60,949 nt of DNA from a virus (Duplodnaviria; Caudoviricetes). This document shows, in pieces, positions 1 through 10,255 of the stretch (position 1 is its first letter; each line of letters opens with the position of its first letter). Under the pieces are notes generated by a model that saw only the letters and a program-made list of their open reading frames with translations, was not told where the DNA came from and made no database searches. A program made the position numbers and the translations under genes. Location of the stretch: IMG/VR virus record IMGVR_UViG_3300042814_000075, positions 1 through 60,949 of that record. One strand, 5' to 3'.

Positions 1-23
1 TGGTCGGGGGGGGGCGGGGCGGC

Positions 24-134
24 CCGATTGGGTGCTGGATCAGAATGCGCTTCTCTTTGCACCGCCGGCACTGGATGAAGATTACCCCTGTAGCGTCCGG
101 ATGATTCTCCAGCGTGTCATCGGGGGCAATGATC
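24..134. repeat. Terminal direct repeat (left copy); assembly overlap of a circular or circularly permuted genome
   Basis: 111 bp (ccgattgggtgctgg...ggcaatgatc) identical to 60839..60949; bases 1-23 are G-rich and do not match (probable low-quality end). Confidence 0.95.
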
Positions 135-304
135 ACGTAGCGCATTCCCATCGGCACCTCGGCAATGATGGCGCCGTCCTTGAAGCATCGGACCTGCACA
201 TGGCGATCGGCGGGGTCCGATTGGGTCTGGGGCTCATAGCCTTCGGCCTTGAGGCGAGCCCGCTGCCGCTCCAGGCGATCGCGGCTCCGTCCGCCAATCC
301 GCAC
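24..304 (-). CDS. Com-like zinc-ribbon regulator, 105 aa, spanning the circular junction (304->135 then 60949->60802)
   Basis: Hand translation from GTG at 304: MRIGGRSRDR...QVRCFKDGAIIAE...IFIQCRRCKEK...TNGRK*. Resembles Mu Com pattern (RCxxC-LL...IKCxRC) with CxxD in the first knuckle. Absent from the ORF track because it crosses the contig end. Confidence 0.6.
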
Positions 305-580
305 TCACTCACCACCCTCGGGCACGGCTTCGTAGATGATCGCGAATTCATCCGCCGCGACCGGATACGGATAGCCGCGCGCGTCAATGCATAGCCAGCC
401 ATCAAGGCACAGCACACGGCCTTCACTCGTTTCGGTCTCGAATGGACCATCAATCCTGCACGCAGAAGTCAGCGTCTTCTTCCGGTAACGACCAAAACGA
501 AGCCCGACCGTCGGCTCCCGATTGCCAGCAACGATCTTGGAGCCCAATATAGCATCGCCTGATTTTACGAACTCCATCAC
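305..580 (-). CDS. Hypothetical protein (PGDYG-like, T-x-EG...GW...G-x-YP...F-x-x-x-Y)
   Basis: Translationally coupled ORF with a motif typical of small phage proteins. Confidence 0.55.
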   Translation of the reverse strand: MMEFVKSGDAILGSKIVAGNREPTVGLRFGRYRKKTLTSACRIDGPFETETSEGRVLCLDGWLCIDARGYPYPVAADEFAIIYEAVPEGGE

Positions 581-804
581 GGCTGCTTCTCCTTCGCTGC
601 ATCATCGCGCACCACCTTCGGCGGCCGGCCGGGACCGCCTGGCCGCCAGACCTTGCTGCCCGTCCGCTTCCGGCTGCGCGCCGTGTCCTTCTTGGCGCAC
701 GCGTCACAGGTGCGCATGTAATGCTCGCGTGGCTTGCCGCATCGGACACAACGGCCCGTGGCGAGCATACGATCGGCCCAGATGCGGCCCTTACCCGGCG
801 TCAC
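577..804 (-). CDS. Small Zn-finger protein
   Basis: CVRC...CDAC; overlaps both neighbours by 4 nt. Confidence 0.55.
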   Translation of the reverse strand: MTPGKGRIWADRMLATGRCVRCGKPREHYMRTCDACAKKDTARSRKRTGSKVWRPGGPGRPPKVVRDDAAKEKQP

Positions 805-1898
805 TCATCCTCCGGGAAGGCGAAGTCGAGATCATCGGTCGCGGAGGGATCGGGTCCCGTCTGCCGCGGCGGGCGATCAGGATCGGCGAGCCGTTCGCGT
901 GCAAACTGGTCGGGATTGTTGCTCCCATCCCAAACGTCGGCATCCGAGAAGGCTTGATCTGCCGTCACAACTGGGATCTCATCGCAGCGGCAATTGCAGA
1001 CCTGAGCGGCGCTCCCCGCTGGATCGAGTGGATGCATGAGCTTTTCGCCGCCTACGTCGTAGGGCTCGTCGATTGCGCGGATCTGGCCGTGCGCGTCGAA
1101 GTGATCTTCCCTTTCCTTGCCGTCGAGAGTCGCGAGCCACCGCTTGAACGGTACCCCGCTTGCCGAATACGTGATCCAGCTTGCCTCGCTCACGATCGCA
1201 CCCGTCTCCGTGCGCGCGATCAATTCAGAGCGTGCTTTCGTCAACCAGTCGAACTCGCCTCGCAATGCACGTGCGACCTCAAACGGTCCCTTGCCCGCGA
1301 AGTAGAACTCCTCGGCTAGCACGGTCTTCAACCGCTCGAAGACGTCATCGGCCACGTTCCCGGCCAAGAGGTTCGCTCGCTGTGCCAGGGCTTCGGCCAC
1401 AGCCGGGCTCTCTAGGCGAAAGGCCCCCCGTACGCCCAGCGCCCGACGCGCGGCCGTGCCCCCTACCTCGAACATATCGACGTAGGCGTCATCCAGCGAT
1501 TCCCCAATCGCCAATCGGAAGGCGTCTTCATCGTCGGCCATGAGGGAACCCACGGCCTTCAACTCATCCAGCTCGAAGATCCCTTGCAGCTGATGGGTGC
1601 GCTCGGGGCCCAGGGGCCGGCCGCCCCGACCGACTGGGCCCTTTGCGCGTTTCGCCTCGGCCGCCAGACGTTGACTTGCGTCACGGTGGAGCCGTTCCAG
1701 AGCCCCAGAGCGAGAGAGAACCTGGGTGACAGCTGCCGCCGTGCGCGAGAAGTCCCGATTCAACGCCTGACGCAGGGCACGTGCCAGCCGGACAAGGGAT
1801 GTCGGCCGACGCAGCCGGGGCGAATCCAAAGAGGGCGGCTCGGGTAAGCGGCGCGCCGCGGAGCGAGTGGACACGACAATCGCCGATCCCCGAGCCAC
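801..1898 (-). CDS. Head morphogenesis / minor capsid protein (Mu gpF / SPP1 gp7 family)
   Basis: IARTE...KRWLATLDGKEREDH...HP...CNCRC motifs; downstream of portal. Start GTG 1898 chosen (track start 1970). Confidence 0.88.
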   Translation of the reverse strand: MARGSAIVVSTRSAARRLPEPPSLDSPRLRRPTSLVRLARALRQALNRDFSRTAAAVTQVLSRSGALERLHRDASQRLAAEAKRAKGPVGRGGRPLGPERTHQLQGIFELDELKAVGSLMADDEDAFRLAIGESLDDAYVDMFEVGGTAARRALGVRGAFRLESPAVAEALAQRANLLAGNVADDVFERLKTVLAEEFYFAGKGPFEVARALRGEFDWLTKARSELIARTETGAIVSEASWITYSASGVPFKRWLATLDGKEREDHFDAHGQIRAIDEPYDVGGEKLMHPLDPAGSAAQVCNCRCDEIPVVTADQAFSDADVWDGSNNPDQFARERLADPDRPPRQTGPDPSATDDLDFAFPEDE

Positions 1899-2392
1899 GT
1901 TATTTGCCGTCCTCGACCGGCACCGTTTCGTATTGGGTGCCGTCCAGAGCGCAGCCATCGGGGGGATCAACCGTCAGCGCCTTAATCTCGCGCGCTATTT
2001 GAAGGCAAACGGCGTTTTGGAATAGTGGGTTGGGATCTAGGTAGCCCATCTTCTTTTCATCGTATAGGGCCTCAACGAAGGATGCGATCATGGTCTGCAC
2101 TTGCAATGCGGACTCATGCGCGCAGCGATTGCAGCACCATTTACCATTCACGTGTTCCATCAGTCCTCCGCGTCTATCGGTAGCGCTTGGCCGCAGTGCG
2201 GGCACAGCTTGGGCCCGGTCAGCTCTTCCCGAAGCGCATTGAGCTTGCGCTCGAACTCTTCGTCGCCCATCTCGGCACGCATCGTCTGCTCAAGCTCTTT
2301 GCCATAGGCCTCGAGCCTGGCCCTCTCTTCGGGTTGGATGATGGCCGGCGCTAGGGTGGTTAGAAGGAATTTCCGCTGCTCTTCGCGGTTCA

Positions 2393-2845
2393 TCAATTCT
2401 CCGACTGTTCGAGAGCGCTGGGCAAGTCTTCGGCGGTCGGCATCCGTACGCCAATCACCTTGCCCTCCGAATCGACCTCGCGCTTCGCGAGCCCGCGGTT
2501 CTCCCAATGCTCGACGATCCGGCGCCAGCCTTCGACGTAGAGCCGCTTATCGTGCTTGCCCGACGCGGGATCGATCTTCATATCGATCACGGCAAAGGCG
2601 CGCCCGTGGGTCCCCGAAGCATAGGGCGGCTCGAGCCCGAGGAGCCAGCCGCATCCACGCCCGTCGCCGATGAAAGGCGGCTCGTCGGCGCGGCAGATCG
2701 CCATCGCGTATTCCTTGGGTGCCGAGAAGTTGAGCTTGCACTTAGGGCACGAGAGTGCCATGAGCGTCCGCTCGCGCCGCTCGGGTGCGGCACTGGGCGG
2801 AGTCCAAAGCTGGCGCCGAAAGTGGGGATCAGGTATTAGGTCCAC
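2393..2845 (-). CDS. Hypothetical Zn-binding protein
   Basis: CPKC...C...C motifs; in operon between portal and head morphogenesis gene. Confidence 0.5.
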   Translation of the reverse strand: MDLIPDPHFRRQLWTPPSAAPERRERTLMALSCPKCKLNFSAPKEYAMAICRADEPPFIGDGRGCGWLLGLEPPYASGTHGRAFAVIDMKIDPASGKHDKRLYVEGWRRIVEHWENRGLAKREVDSEGKVIGVRMPTAEDLPSALEQSEN

Positions 2846-3133
2846 CGACCTTTACCTTTTCGGTATCCACCCATTCGATGCCAATGATTCGGCACCGCAA
2901 TGCATGATCCAATTCCACCCGTCGCAACTGCTCAAGAAGATATGCCGTCACGCCCCGCACGCCGAGTCCATATCCGGTATCGGCTCGCCGATCCTGATCG
3001 GCCTGCCACTGAACCTCGCTAATACACCACTTAAGCATCCGACGGGACGCGTCTAGCTTGGCCTCGTACAGTCGCCAGCCAGGACCGCATATCTCGCAAG
3101 ATCCCGGATCTAGGCCGTGCTCGCACTGTGCCA

Positions 3134-5038
3134 TCAGCTTCCCCCACCGTTCCCCGCTGGCAGCTCCGGCCGGCGCGAGGCCACGCGATCACTGACCCGT
3201 GTCGTCCCCTGCCGTAGCCGTGTCAACGCGTCCTCCGGTGACTGGCGACTATCGCCACCACCGAGCCCGAACATGCCGGCAATCCGAGATAACGTCCCCG
3301 AGCGCTGACCCGGTAACGCCATCGCACTCCCCGCGTCTCCACCCGCACGTGCGAGAAGACCCGCCGTTTGGAGATCCAGCAACCGGATCGGGATCGTCGC
3401 TTCCTCGGAATCATCGGGCGGGAAGTCCAGATGCTTGACGATCATCGAGGCCCAAGCGCGAATGTCATTGATCGAGAGCGCACCCGTGGACGCGACCCCT
3501 ACGAGCATCGATACTTCCCGCTGCTCGTCGAGAATGTCGATCTCGTCGTACTTGAAATCCACGGCCATGAACCCGAGCTCGTCGAGCATCAGGTCGAAGA
3601 AGGCTTCGAGCACCGCTTGCTCGGGGTCTATTTGAGACCGCTTGTAGGTCTCGTCCTGCGATTCCCCGGAGCCCGTACCGAGACTCGCCGTCTCGTTGAT
3701 CCCGAGCTTCGAGGGCTGCATTCCGTACACATGGATGATGTTGTCCCGGTTCGCGATCTGGTAGCCCGACCACTCCTGATCGCTGGGCTCCCCGCCGAGC
3801 TTCTCGAAGACCACATCGTAGCCATCGATCGGGACCCGGAGCGTGAGGGTTCTATGATCCTCGCCCTCGATCATGTATTTCATGTGCTCTTCGATCGTGT
3901 TCTGGATCCGGTCGATGATGTTCTCGCGGGTATCGGGATCCGAGAACGCAGCCGAAGACGCCTTGATCATCACGAGCCAATCGGGCATCCCGCGGTTCAC
4001 GAAGAAGCGCACGTTCCGGTTGCTCGCAAAGATGTTTCCGACGAGCGAATTGAAGGCCGAGACAATCGGCGGGATTCCATAATAGCGCTCGCGCGGGTGG
4101 TAAATCTTGAAGTCCGTCAGCTCGCGCTTCAAGTCGCCGACCCGCTGCCCTGGACCCGGTAGCTCACCCGGCCCGAAAGCGCCCTGAATCGTCATGGCCT
4201 CTTCGCGGCTCACATAGGCCCACGGGGTTTCGGATTGCAGGATCGTGGGATCAATCGGCTGGATCTCTGCCCCGAAGCGGCGGAAGAAGGCCGCGGGCCG
4301 GCCCATTTCGTCGAGCTGGAGAAAGGTCCGGCCGTCGAGCCCGCGGCGGATCAAGCGCGATGGGATGTGAATCAGCTGTGCGGGCTTGCCTTGTTCATCG
4401 CGCACGATCTCATTGTGCGCGTTCCCCGTCGCCTTCCGATCCTTGACCAGGAACTGGGAGAAGGTCGTGAGCGAGACGTGCTGCGCATCAAAGTCGTAGG
4501 TCATCCGGTCGAGCATCCGCTCGGCAATGAGGCGCTGCTCCTTGGCGGCCGTATCGTCGCCCGTCGAGGGATTGCCGGGGCTCGTATCGGGGGCCCCTTC
4601 GGCGGCGTCGATGAGCGACCAGCCAGAGCACGCGTCGAGTGCGAACTGCCGGATGATCGAGTCATAGGTGTCCGACTCGTAGAGCATGTCGGTCAGGCGG
4701 TCGAGATCGAAAGGCGGGGTCGCGTATTGGCCGAGGAGCGCTTCCTCGTACTGGCTCGGATCGGCGCGGGAGACGCGTCCGGGCGGGGCGTCGGCCTTCG
4801 ACTGCGCGGCCTGGGTCGCGCGATGTGCGTCCCGGATCGTGCCCTGGGAGCGAAGCCCCATCAGCGGGAAGGACTTGGGGATGGTCGAGTATTGCTCGGT
4901 CCCGATCGAGCGGGTGGAGACCGATCGCGCTTCGAGTCCCGTCCCGGGGGCCGGGGCGAGGGAGATGGGCGGCAAAGTCGGCGAGGCGGGTGCCGTAATG
5001 GGCGCGGGCGCCGCGGAGGCGAGCCCTCGGGTGATCAC
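3134..5038 (-). CDS. Portal protein (PBSX/XkdE-like)
   Basis: TGNAHNEIVRD, YYGIPP, FFVNRGMP, IIHVYGMQPSKLG, LSINDIR motifs; GTG at 5038 overlaps the upstream stop (GTGA). Confidence 0.9.
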   Translation of the reverse strand: MITRGLASAAPAPITAPASPTLPPISLAPAPGTGLEARSVSTRSIGTEQYSTIPKSFPLMGLRSQGTIRDAHRATQAAQSKADAPPGRVSRADPSQYEEALLGQYATPPFDLDRLTDMLYESDTYDSIIRQFALDACSGWSLIDAAEGAPDTSPGNPSTGDDTAAKEQRLIAERMLDRMTYDFDAQHVSLTTFSQFLVKDRKATGNAHNEIVRDEQGKPAQLIHIPSRLIRRGLDGRTFLQLDEMGRPAAFFRRFGAEIQPIDPTILQSETPWAYVSREEAMTIQGAFGPGELPGPGQRVGDLKRELTDFKIYHPRERYYGIPPIVSAFNSLVGNIFASNRNVRFFVNRGMPDWLVMIKASSAAFSDPDTRENIIDRIQNTIEEHMKYMIEGEDHRTLTLRVPIDGYDVVFEKLGGEPSDQEWSGYQIANRDNIIHVYGMQPSKLGINETASLGTGSGESQDETYKRSQIDPEQAVLEAFFDLMLDELGFMAVDFKYDEIDILDEQREVSMLVGVASTGALSINDIRAWASMIVKHLDFPPDDSEEATIPIRLLDLQTAGLLARAGGDAGSAMALPGQRSGTLSRIAGMFGLGGGDSRQSPEDALTRLRQGTTRVSDRVASRRPELPAGNGGGS

Positions 5039-5259
5039 TTGACTGCCTCCTTTGGGGGGAGCACGGCGTCCCAGGGGTCTATTTGGTCCCATCCGCCAGA
5101 GTCACAGCAGCCGCAGTGGTGCTCGTCTAATGCCGCGTAGATTGCCTCCGCCGCGATGCGGGCGCACGCTGCGATCCACTGACGCCAATCCTTGCCGTCG
5201 TTATAGGCGAACCTCATTGTCTCCGCCAGCCGCTGCTCAGCCGCTTCACGCGGTGTCAT
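5035..5259 (-). CDS. Hypothetical protein (paralog of 11126..11437)
   Basis: REAAEQRLAE..AYN...CARIAA shared with the 11126 ORF. Confidence 0.55.
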   Translation of the reverse strand: MTPREAAEQRLAETMRFAYNDGKDWRQWIAACARIAAEAIYAALDEHHCGCCDSGGWDQIDPWDAVLPPKEAVK

Positions 5260-5643
5260 AGATCTGCCTCCTGCGGGCCGGCGTCCACGAGATAGGCCGC
5301 GATCCCGGCTCGCGCCTTCCACTCGGCCGACACGTCACGGATCGTCATCTGGAGCACCGTCTCCCTGATGCGATCATGGTCGATCGGGGCGCGCTCCAGC
5401 GATCGGCCATGCTCGAACCCTTGACCCGAGATCATGGCTAGTCCCGCCCGTGCTCTTTGCGCCAGAGCGGAAAGAGATCCGAGTAGACCCATTTCCCCAT
5501 CGGGATCGCGACTGCGCTCAGATAACCATGCTCAAGGACTGCCGTGGTGTAGGGGTTGCTCGCCATCAGCCCTTCCTCATCGACTTCGATATTCCAACGC
5601 CATTGATGGAAGCCCCGCACGATCGTGACGTCAATCAGCGCCT

Positions 5644-5844
5644 TCATACCTCCTGCACCTCGTAGGCAGCGAAGCCATTATCTTCTGCTAGCCGCTGTTC
5701 AATCGCGTAGGCAATGCACACCGGGCAAAGGAGATTGTGCCTGCCCCGGATGGCTTTCCAAAGCGGCTCGGGCAGCATCACGTCTGCGCGGTAGCGCTGG
5801 CAGCAACCCTGGCAGAGCGTGCCTTGATCGCGAGGATCGGTCAC
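5644..5844 (-). CDS. Small Zn-binding protein (paralog of 14855..15082)
   Basis: CQGCCQRYRADVMLPEPLWKAIRGRHNLLCPVCIA; GTGA coupling. Confidence 0.6.
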   Translation of the reverse strand: MTDPRDQGTLCQGCCQRYRADVMLPEPLWKAIRGRHNLLCPVCIAYAIEQRLAEDNGFAAYEVQEV

Positions 5845-6704
5845 GGTCCCGTCCTCCAGCCCGGCGCGGGCCCGGGGCCAGGGTGGACGAGAAGCCCGGC
5901 CAGGTCCATCGGCTCGACCGGAGCGCCCAGCCGGTCCCGATCCAGGGCTAGGATCTGGACGGCCGCCTCGCCTCCCCATATCGGTGTGAATCCTTGCGGG
6001 ATCTGATCCTGGCGCTCGATCGCCTCCGGCACCCCTAGCGCGAATCGTGGCGTGGCTATCTGGACGATGAAGGCACGCGCGAGCCGCATATCCCTGGCTG
6101 GATTGCTCGCCCCGTTCGGCTCGCCTAGATCCCGCGTCACGCCGTTCTCGTCCGTCCAGGCCCCGACCGGCTTCACCTTCCGGTATTGCTCGATCGCGAC
6201 CACGAGATCTACGGCCGCGCGCCCGAGAGCCGCCCGGGCCTCGTCCTCGGAAGGCCTCACCTGGCCGCCACGGGGTCGGGGCGCCGCTCCCCCGGGGTCG
6301 GCGTCGTGTACTGGTAGGGCTCTGGCTCGGCCTTCACCGCCGACGCCTGGGCAATCTGCGCCACCATCGCCTCGAGCCGCGCCAGACGGTCATCTCCCGG
6401 GGCCCCAGGAGCAAGCGGGGAGCGCGTCGCGGCCGGCGGCAGGGTGCCCGTCACCACGGGGCCGCCGAGCAATGCCTCTTGCGCGTCAGCGTAGGTCAGG
6501 AGATCCCGCCCGATCTTCCGGCAGGTCGCGACCTCCGAGGGGCCCGTAGCCGCCGTGAGCGGCAGCCAGATCACGGCCGGCGGGTTGTCGGAGAATATGG
6601 GCGTGATCCCGAGCCGGGCAAAGAGGTCGTACCAGAACGCGAACTGCTGGGCCTTCTGCTCGATCGAGAGGCTATCGGGTAGGGGTGGCATCCGTGGGTT
6701 CTCC

Positions 6705-7304
6705 TCACGTCTCAAAGACATGGCCGCACTTGGGACACGTCACGACCTTCGACCCGGCGCTGGCAGGCTGGCCATCCTGGCCGCTGTCGTCATCGGGTAG
6801 CTCGATCTTCCCAACCTGGATCTCATCATAGCGTAGCTCGGCGAAGAGATCAGGGGGGAGAGCGGTTTCCAAGAGGCTCACGAGCCCAAGCACGTCCGGC
6901 GTGAACTCGCCCGTGATCGCCGGATTGTTGAGGGCCAGGTTGAGCGCCTTCTCGCGGGTTTCATCGAGGTCCACGACCACGACCGGCGTCTCCTGGACCC
7001 CCATCTCTGAGAGCGCTTGCAGGCGTTGGTGGCCGCCGACAACCCGGGAGGTCTGACGGTTCCAGACGATGGGTTCTACGAGCCCGAACTCCTTGACCGA
7101 GCGCCGAAGCCCGGCCATTGCTTCGGGGTCGATCGTGCGCGGGTTGTAGGGCGCCGGATGGAGGTCAGACACCCGGCGTACCTGGATCGTCATACCGCCG
7201 AAGTCAACGGCGCCTGGCCCTGATTCGGCCAAGGCGGGAATGCTGGCGATCGCGGCCAGCATCTTGTCCCGGTCCTCATTCGAGCCCTTGATCGTGTGGA
7301 TCAT
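6705..7304 (-). CDS. ParB/Sulfiredoxin N-terminal domain protein with C-terminal CPKC ribbon
   Basis: LHPAPYNPR...SVKEFGLVEPIVWN...VVGGHQRL...LNLALN motif; no fused methyltransferase domain seen. Confidence 0.85.
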   Translation of the reverse strand: MIHTIKGSNEDRDKMLAAIASIPALAESGPGAVDFGGMTIQVRRVSDLHPAPYNPRTIDPEAMAGLRRSVKEFGLVEPIVWNRQTSRVVGGHQRLQALSEMGVQETPVVVVDLDETREKALNLALNNPAITGEFTPDVLGLVSLLETALPPDLFAELRYDEIQVGKIELPDDDSGQDGQPASAGSKVVTCPKCGHVFET

Positions 7305-7869
7305 GGCTCAGTCTCATAGCTGAAGAGCTGATCATCGTCGCTCAACATGGAGAGCACTTTGTAGCCTGGCGGAACCTGCCACGTCGCCCTCACGGTCGTC
7401 CCGGCGATCGCATCGGCTACCGCATAGCGTTCGGCGAGATGCCGCACGACCCGCCCGCAGGCCGCATCCTCAAGTGATGCGAGCACGGCTATGATCCGGT
7501 TCATGGCGATGGCTTCGGGATCGTATCTCGGCCTACCCATCGGGACCATGCCTCCCCCAAAACCACATCACGACCGCGATCAGACCCACGAGCAAGAGCG
7601 CGCCGATCCCGACCCACATCGCCTAGTCCGAGCCGTACCGCTGGCGCAGAGATTCCTTGAGGTGCTCTAGCTCGGCCCTGATGTCGTCCTTGGAGACCGA
7701 TCGCCCTGTCCTGTGACACGTCGCGACGATCATCGCCACCACATGATCGCCGACCTTATCCCACGATCCGCCGCTCATGCGATGGACGTTCGCGAGATGA
7801 TGGCCGACGTCCCGCTCCAGTTGAAGGAACGACCCTTCCTTGGCGTCTTTGGTCTGGTCCATGCCGCTC

Positions 7870-8694
7870 CTAGGTCCAGCGGAGATTCCGGAACGCGATC
7901 TCCGGGGTGCCGCCGTAGTCGCCGAGATGATCCATGTTCCCGCAGCTCACCGAGTAGGGATTGGTCGTCTGCGAGTGCACCGTGACGATCTTCTCCCGCG
8001 ATTGGCCGTCGGCCGTGAACCGCATCCACATCTTGTCCGCCGCCCGCCGCTCCCATTCGAGCGCAATCGCGATCCACTTCCCGACCCCGGCGTTAGGGAT
8101 CCCCGTGTCCCAGATGTCCACCACGGCATCGAGTCCGCCGTTCCGGATATACCAGCGGTTGCCGTTGCCGTCGAGGTTGTAGGTATGGATCTTCCACTTC
8201 GACTGTGAGCTGATGATGTCCGGGCGGAACCAGCCTTGGAGGTAATTCGGGCTGAGCGCGCGCTCGCCCGACTGCGCCGTAAACAAGTGTCCGCCACCCC
8301 CGTCCTGCGGTATCTGGGCCGTGCGGTAGAAGACATCGATCGAGGCTTTGCCCCGCGCCTGCGGGCTCGTGGCAAATCGGCGGTAGCCGTTCGCGTTCGT
8401 GCCCATGACGCCGACCCCGTTGTTGTTCTCGCTCTTGAACTTCGGGGGCTCATCGATGCAGAACTTGTCCCACCAGCCGCTGCCGGCGAGGAAGCCAGCG
8501 AGACAGGTTCCGGGAACGGGCTCGGGCTCAGGCTCCGGGTCGGGACCTGGATCGGGCGGGGGTGTTACCGACTCGTTGAACGTCGCCTGAAAGCAATCGC
8601 TGATCTCGTTGAACTGCGACTCCGGGATTCCCTTGTCTTGCAGGCAGCGCTGGAACTCGGAGAAGAGCGCGAGCGTGATCGGCTTCCATGCCAT
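7870..8694 (-). CDS. Hypothetical protein with Pro/Glu linker and beta-rich (lectin-like?) domain
   Basis: AGGAG RBS; PDPGPDPEPEPEP linker; Trp/Gly-rich C-terminal domain. Confidence 0.55.
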   Translation of the reverse strand: MAWKPITLALFSEFQRCLQDKGIPESQFNEISDCFQATFNESVTPPPDPGPDPEPEPEPVPGTCLAGFLAGSGWWDKFCIDEPPKFKSENNNGVGVMGTNANGYRRFATSPQARGKASIDVFYRTAQIPQDGGGGHLFTAQSGERALSPNYLQGWFRPDIISSQSKWKIHTYNLDGNGNRWYIRNGGLDAVVDIWDTGIPNAGVGKWIAIALEWERRAADKMWMRFTADGQSREKIVTVHSQTTNPYSVSCGNMDHLGDYGGTPEIAFRNLRWT

Positions 8695-8704
8695 GGGTTA
8701 CTCC

Positions 8705-9583
8705 TTAACTCGGCGCTGGCAGAAAAGATGACGGCATGGGGGGCTCGTCCTGAACTTCGGCCGCAAGCTCGTAAGCTTCGTCAACCGCCGTTGCCGAGTG
8801 CCCCGTGAAGGCAATCCAGTGCTCAGGCCTCGTTCGGCTGGCAGCGACGAGCGCATACATGGCCTCAGTATCATCGGCGAGAACCGAGAGCACATCGACG
8901 CCCCCGGAAACGCCCCAGTCGTGCAATTCCTCAGCCCAGTTCAACTGCGCCTGCTCGCGGTAAAACCCCGCGCGTCCGACGCTGCCTGCGATCTGAATCA
9001 CGACTTCGTCGCCCTCAAGTAGGATCCGCAACGGTGAAGGTCGCTCGGGGGAAGCGGCCGCGAACTTGGCGCCGAGCAGCTGGACGAACTTCCGGAACCG
9101 GCGTTCCCAGTAGGGCCACCAGTTCGCCGGGAACTCCGAGTAGGCCGGGCCGTCGTACCGAAACATCCAGTCGCGCGGGCGAGCAAACGAGAGATCCAGG
9201 AGCACGCCACTTAGGCCGAGGGCGCGGACTTCGTTCACGAGAGCGTCGGTGAGCCCGTCGAGCTTCCCGCCGTCGAGCGCATGCCAGTCGATCAACGGCC
9301 GGCCGTGGGCCCATGCCACCGCCTGCACACCGCTTGGGGTCTTCAACGGCGTGGTGAGCGCGTTCACGACGTCGAGCCAGGGGGCGCCCGTCGGGTTGCC
9401 CCATGCAGGATCCGGGCGGGTGAGCACCTGCGCGTAGAGGAAGCCGGACTTGGTAGCGGCGAGTTCGGTGGCGGCCGCGCGCAGGGCGGGGTCCTCCTGT
9501 CCCGATTGGAAGACAAAGCCGTCGAAGCGCGGCAGCGTCGGCACGCGGGCCCAGTCGGCCTTCTCTAAGTGCCTGAGAATCAC
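8705..9583 (-). CDS. Putative glycoside-hydrolase-like TIM-barrel protein; paralog of the C-terminal domain of 46689..48176
   Basis: GTG at 9583 coupled to upstream stop; LIDW...GLSGVLLD motif; collinear similarity to the 46689 ORF. Confidence 0.5.
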   Translation of the reverse strand: MILRHLEKADWARVPTLPRFDGFVFQSGQEDPALRAAATELAATKSGFLYAQVLTRPDPAWGNPTGAPWLDVVNALTTPLKTPSGVQAVAWAHGRPLIDWHALDGGKLDGLTDALVNEVRALGLSGVLLDLSFARPRDWMFRYDGPAYSEFPANWWPYWERRFRKFVQLLGAKFAAASPERPSPLRILLEGDEVVIQIAGSVGRAGFYREQAQLNWAEELHDWGVSGGVDVLSVLADDTEAMYALVAASRTRPEHWIAFTGHSATAVDEAYELAAEVQDEPPMPSSFLPAPS

Positions 9584-10240
9584 CCGGATTCTGCTCCGAC
9601 CGGTACGGCGTCGATTGCCCGCGCGAGCCGTTCGTTCATCACATCCTCGACCCGCTCCGAGCGATACCCGATCCACATCCTCGGCCCGAAGCTGTTTTCC
9701 GTTTCCGAGTTGTCCGGCCCCGCAGCGCGGATCGTCAGCGTGCTGTTTTCGGAGACTTCGAGGTAGCGGACGTGCTCGAACACCGCCGCCTCGGGCAGCT
9801 GCGCGAGCTGAACCGTGACTCTCATCATGTTGCCTGTCCTCCCGCGTCACCGTTGGCAGGCGGTGCTGGTACGAGGGAGAGCCCAGACCGTGCCGCGTCT
9901 GCGGCGGTCCCGGCCGTGTCCTCGCCGGGCAGCTTGTCCGAGATCGCGATCAGGAGGATGCGCGGGATCGGGCCGATCTCCACCCCCGGGGGCAAGCCTG
10001 CGGGCTGGATCCGGGGGGCCGGCTGGTCGCCGACGTACTGCCATTGGAAGGTAAACGGGCGGCCGAGATTGGCGAGGGCCCGGAGCTTCTGGATCAGGTC
10101 CTCGCCCCCCAGACAGGCCAGCACCTTGACGTCTGAGCCCGCGTGGACGAGCCAGGGGATCTCTTTCGGCGTGTCCATGCCGGGCACCATGCACGTTCAC
10201 CCCATGCGGCGCAAGCGGAAAACTGGCCACGGGGCTACTG

Positions 10241-10249
10241 TGCTATAAT
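10241..10249 (+). promoter_or_regulatory. Extended -10 promoter (TGCTATAAT), likely leaderless transcript
   Basis: Perfect TGnTATAAT 6 nt before ATG 10256; no SD between them. Confidence 0.7.
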
Positions 10250-10255
10250 CAAGGC

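Noticed and set aside
1-23. G-rich 5' end differing from the right-hand copy
   Set aside because: Probably a low-quality contig end rather than a biological variant.
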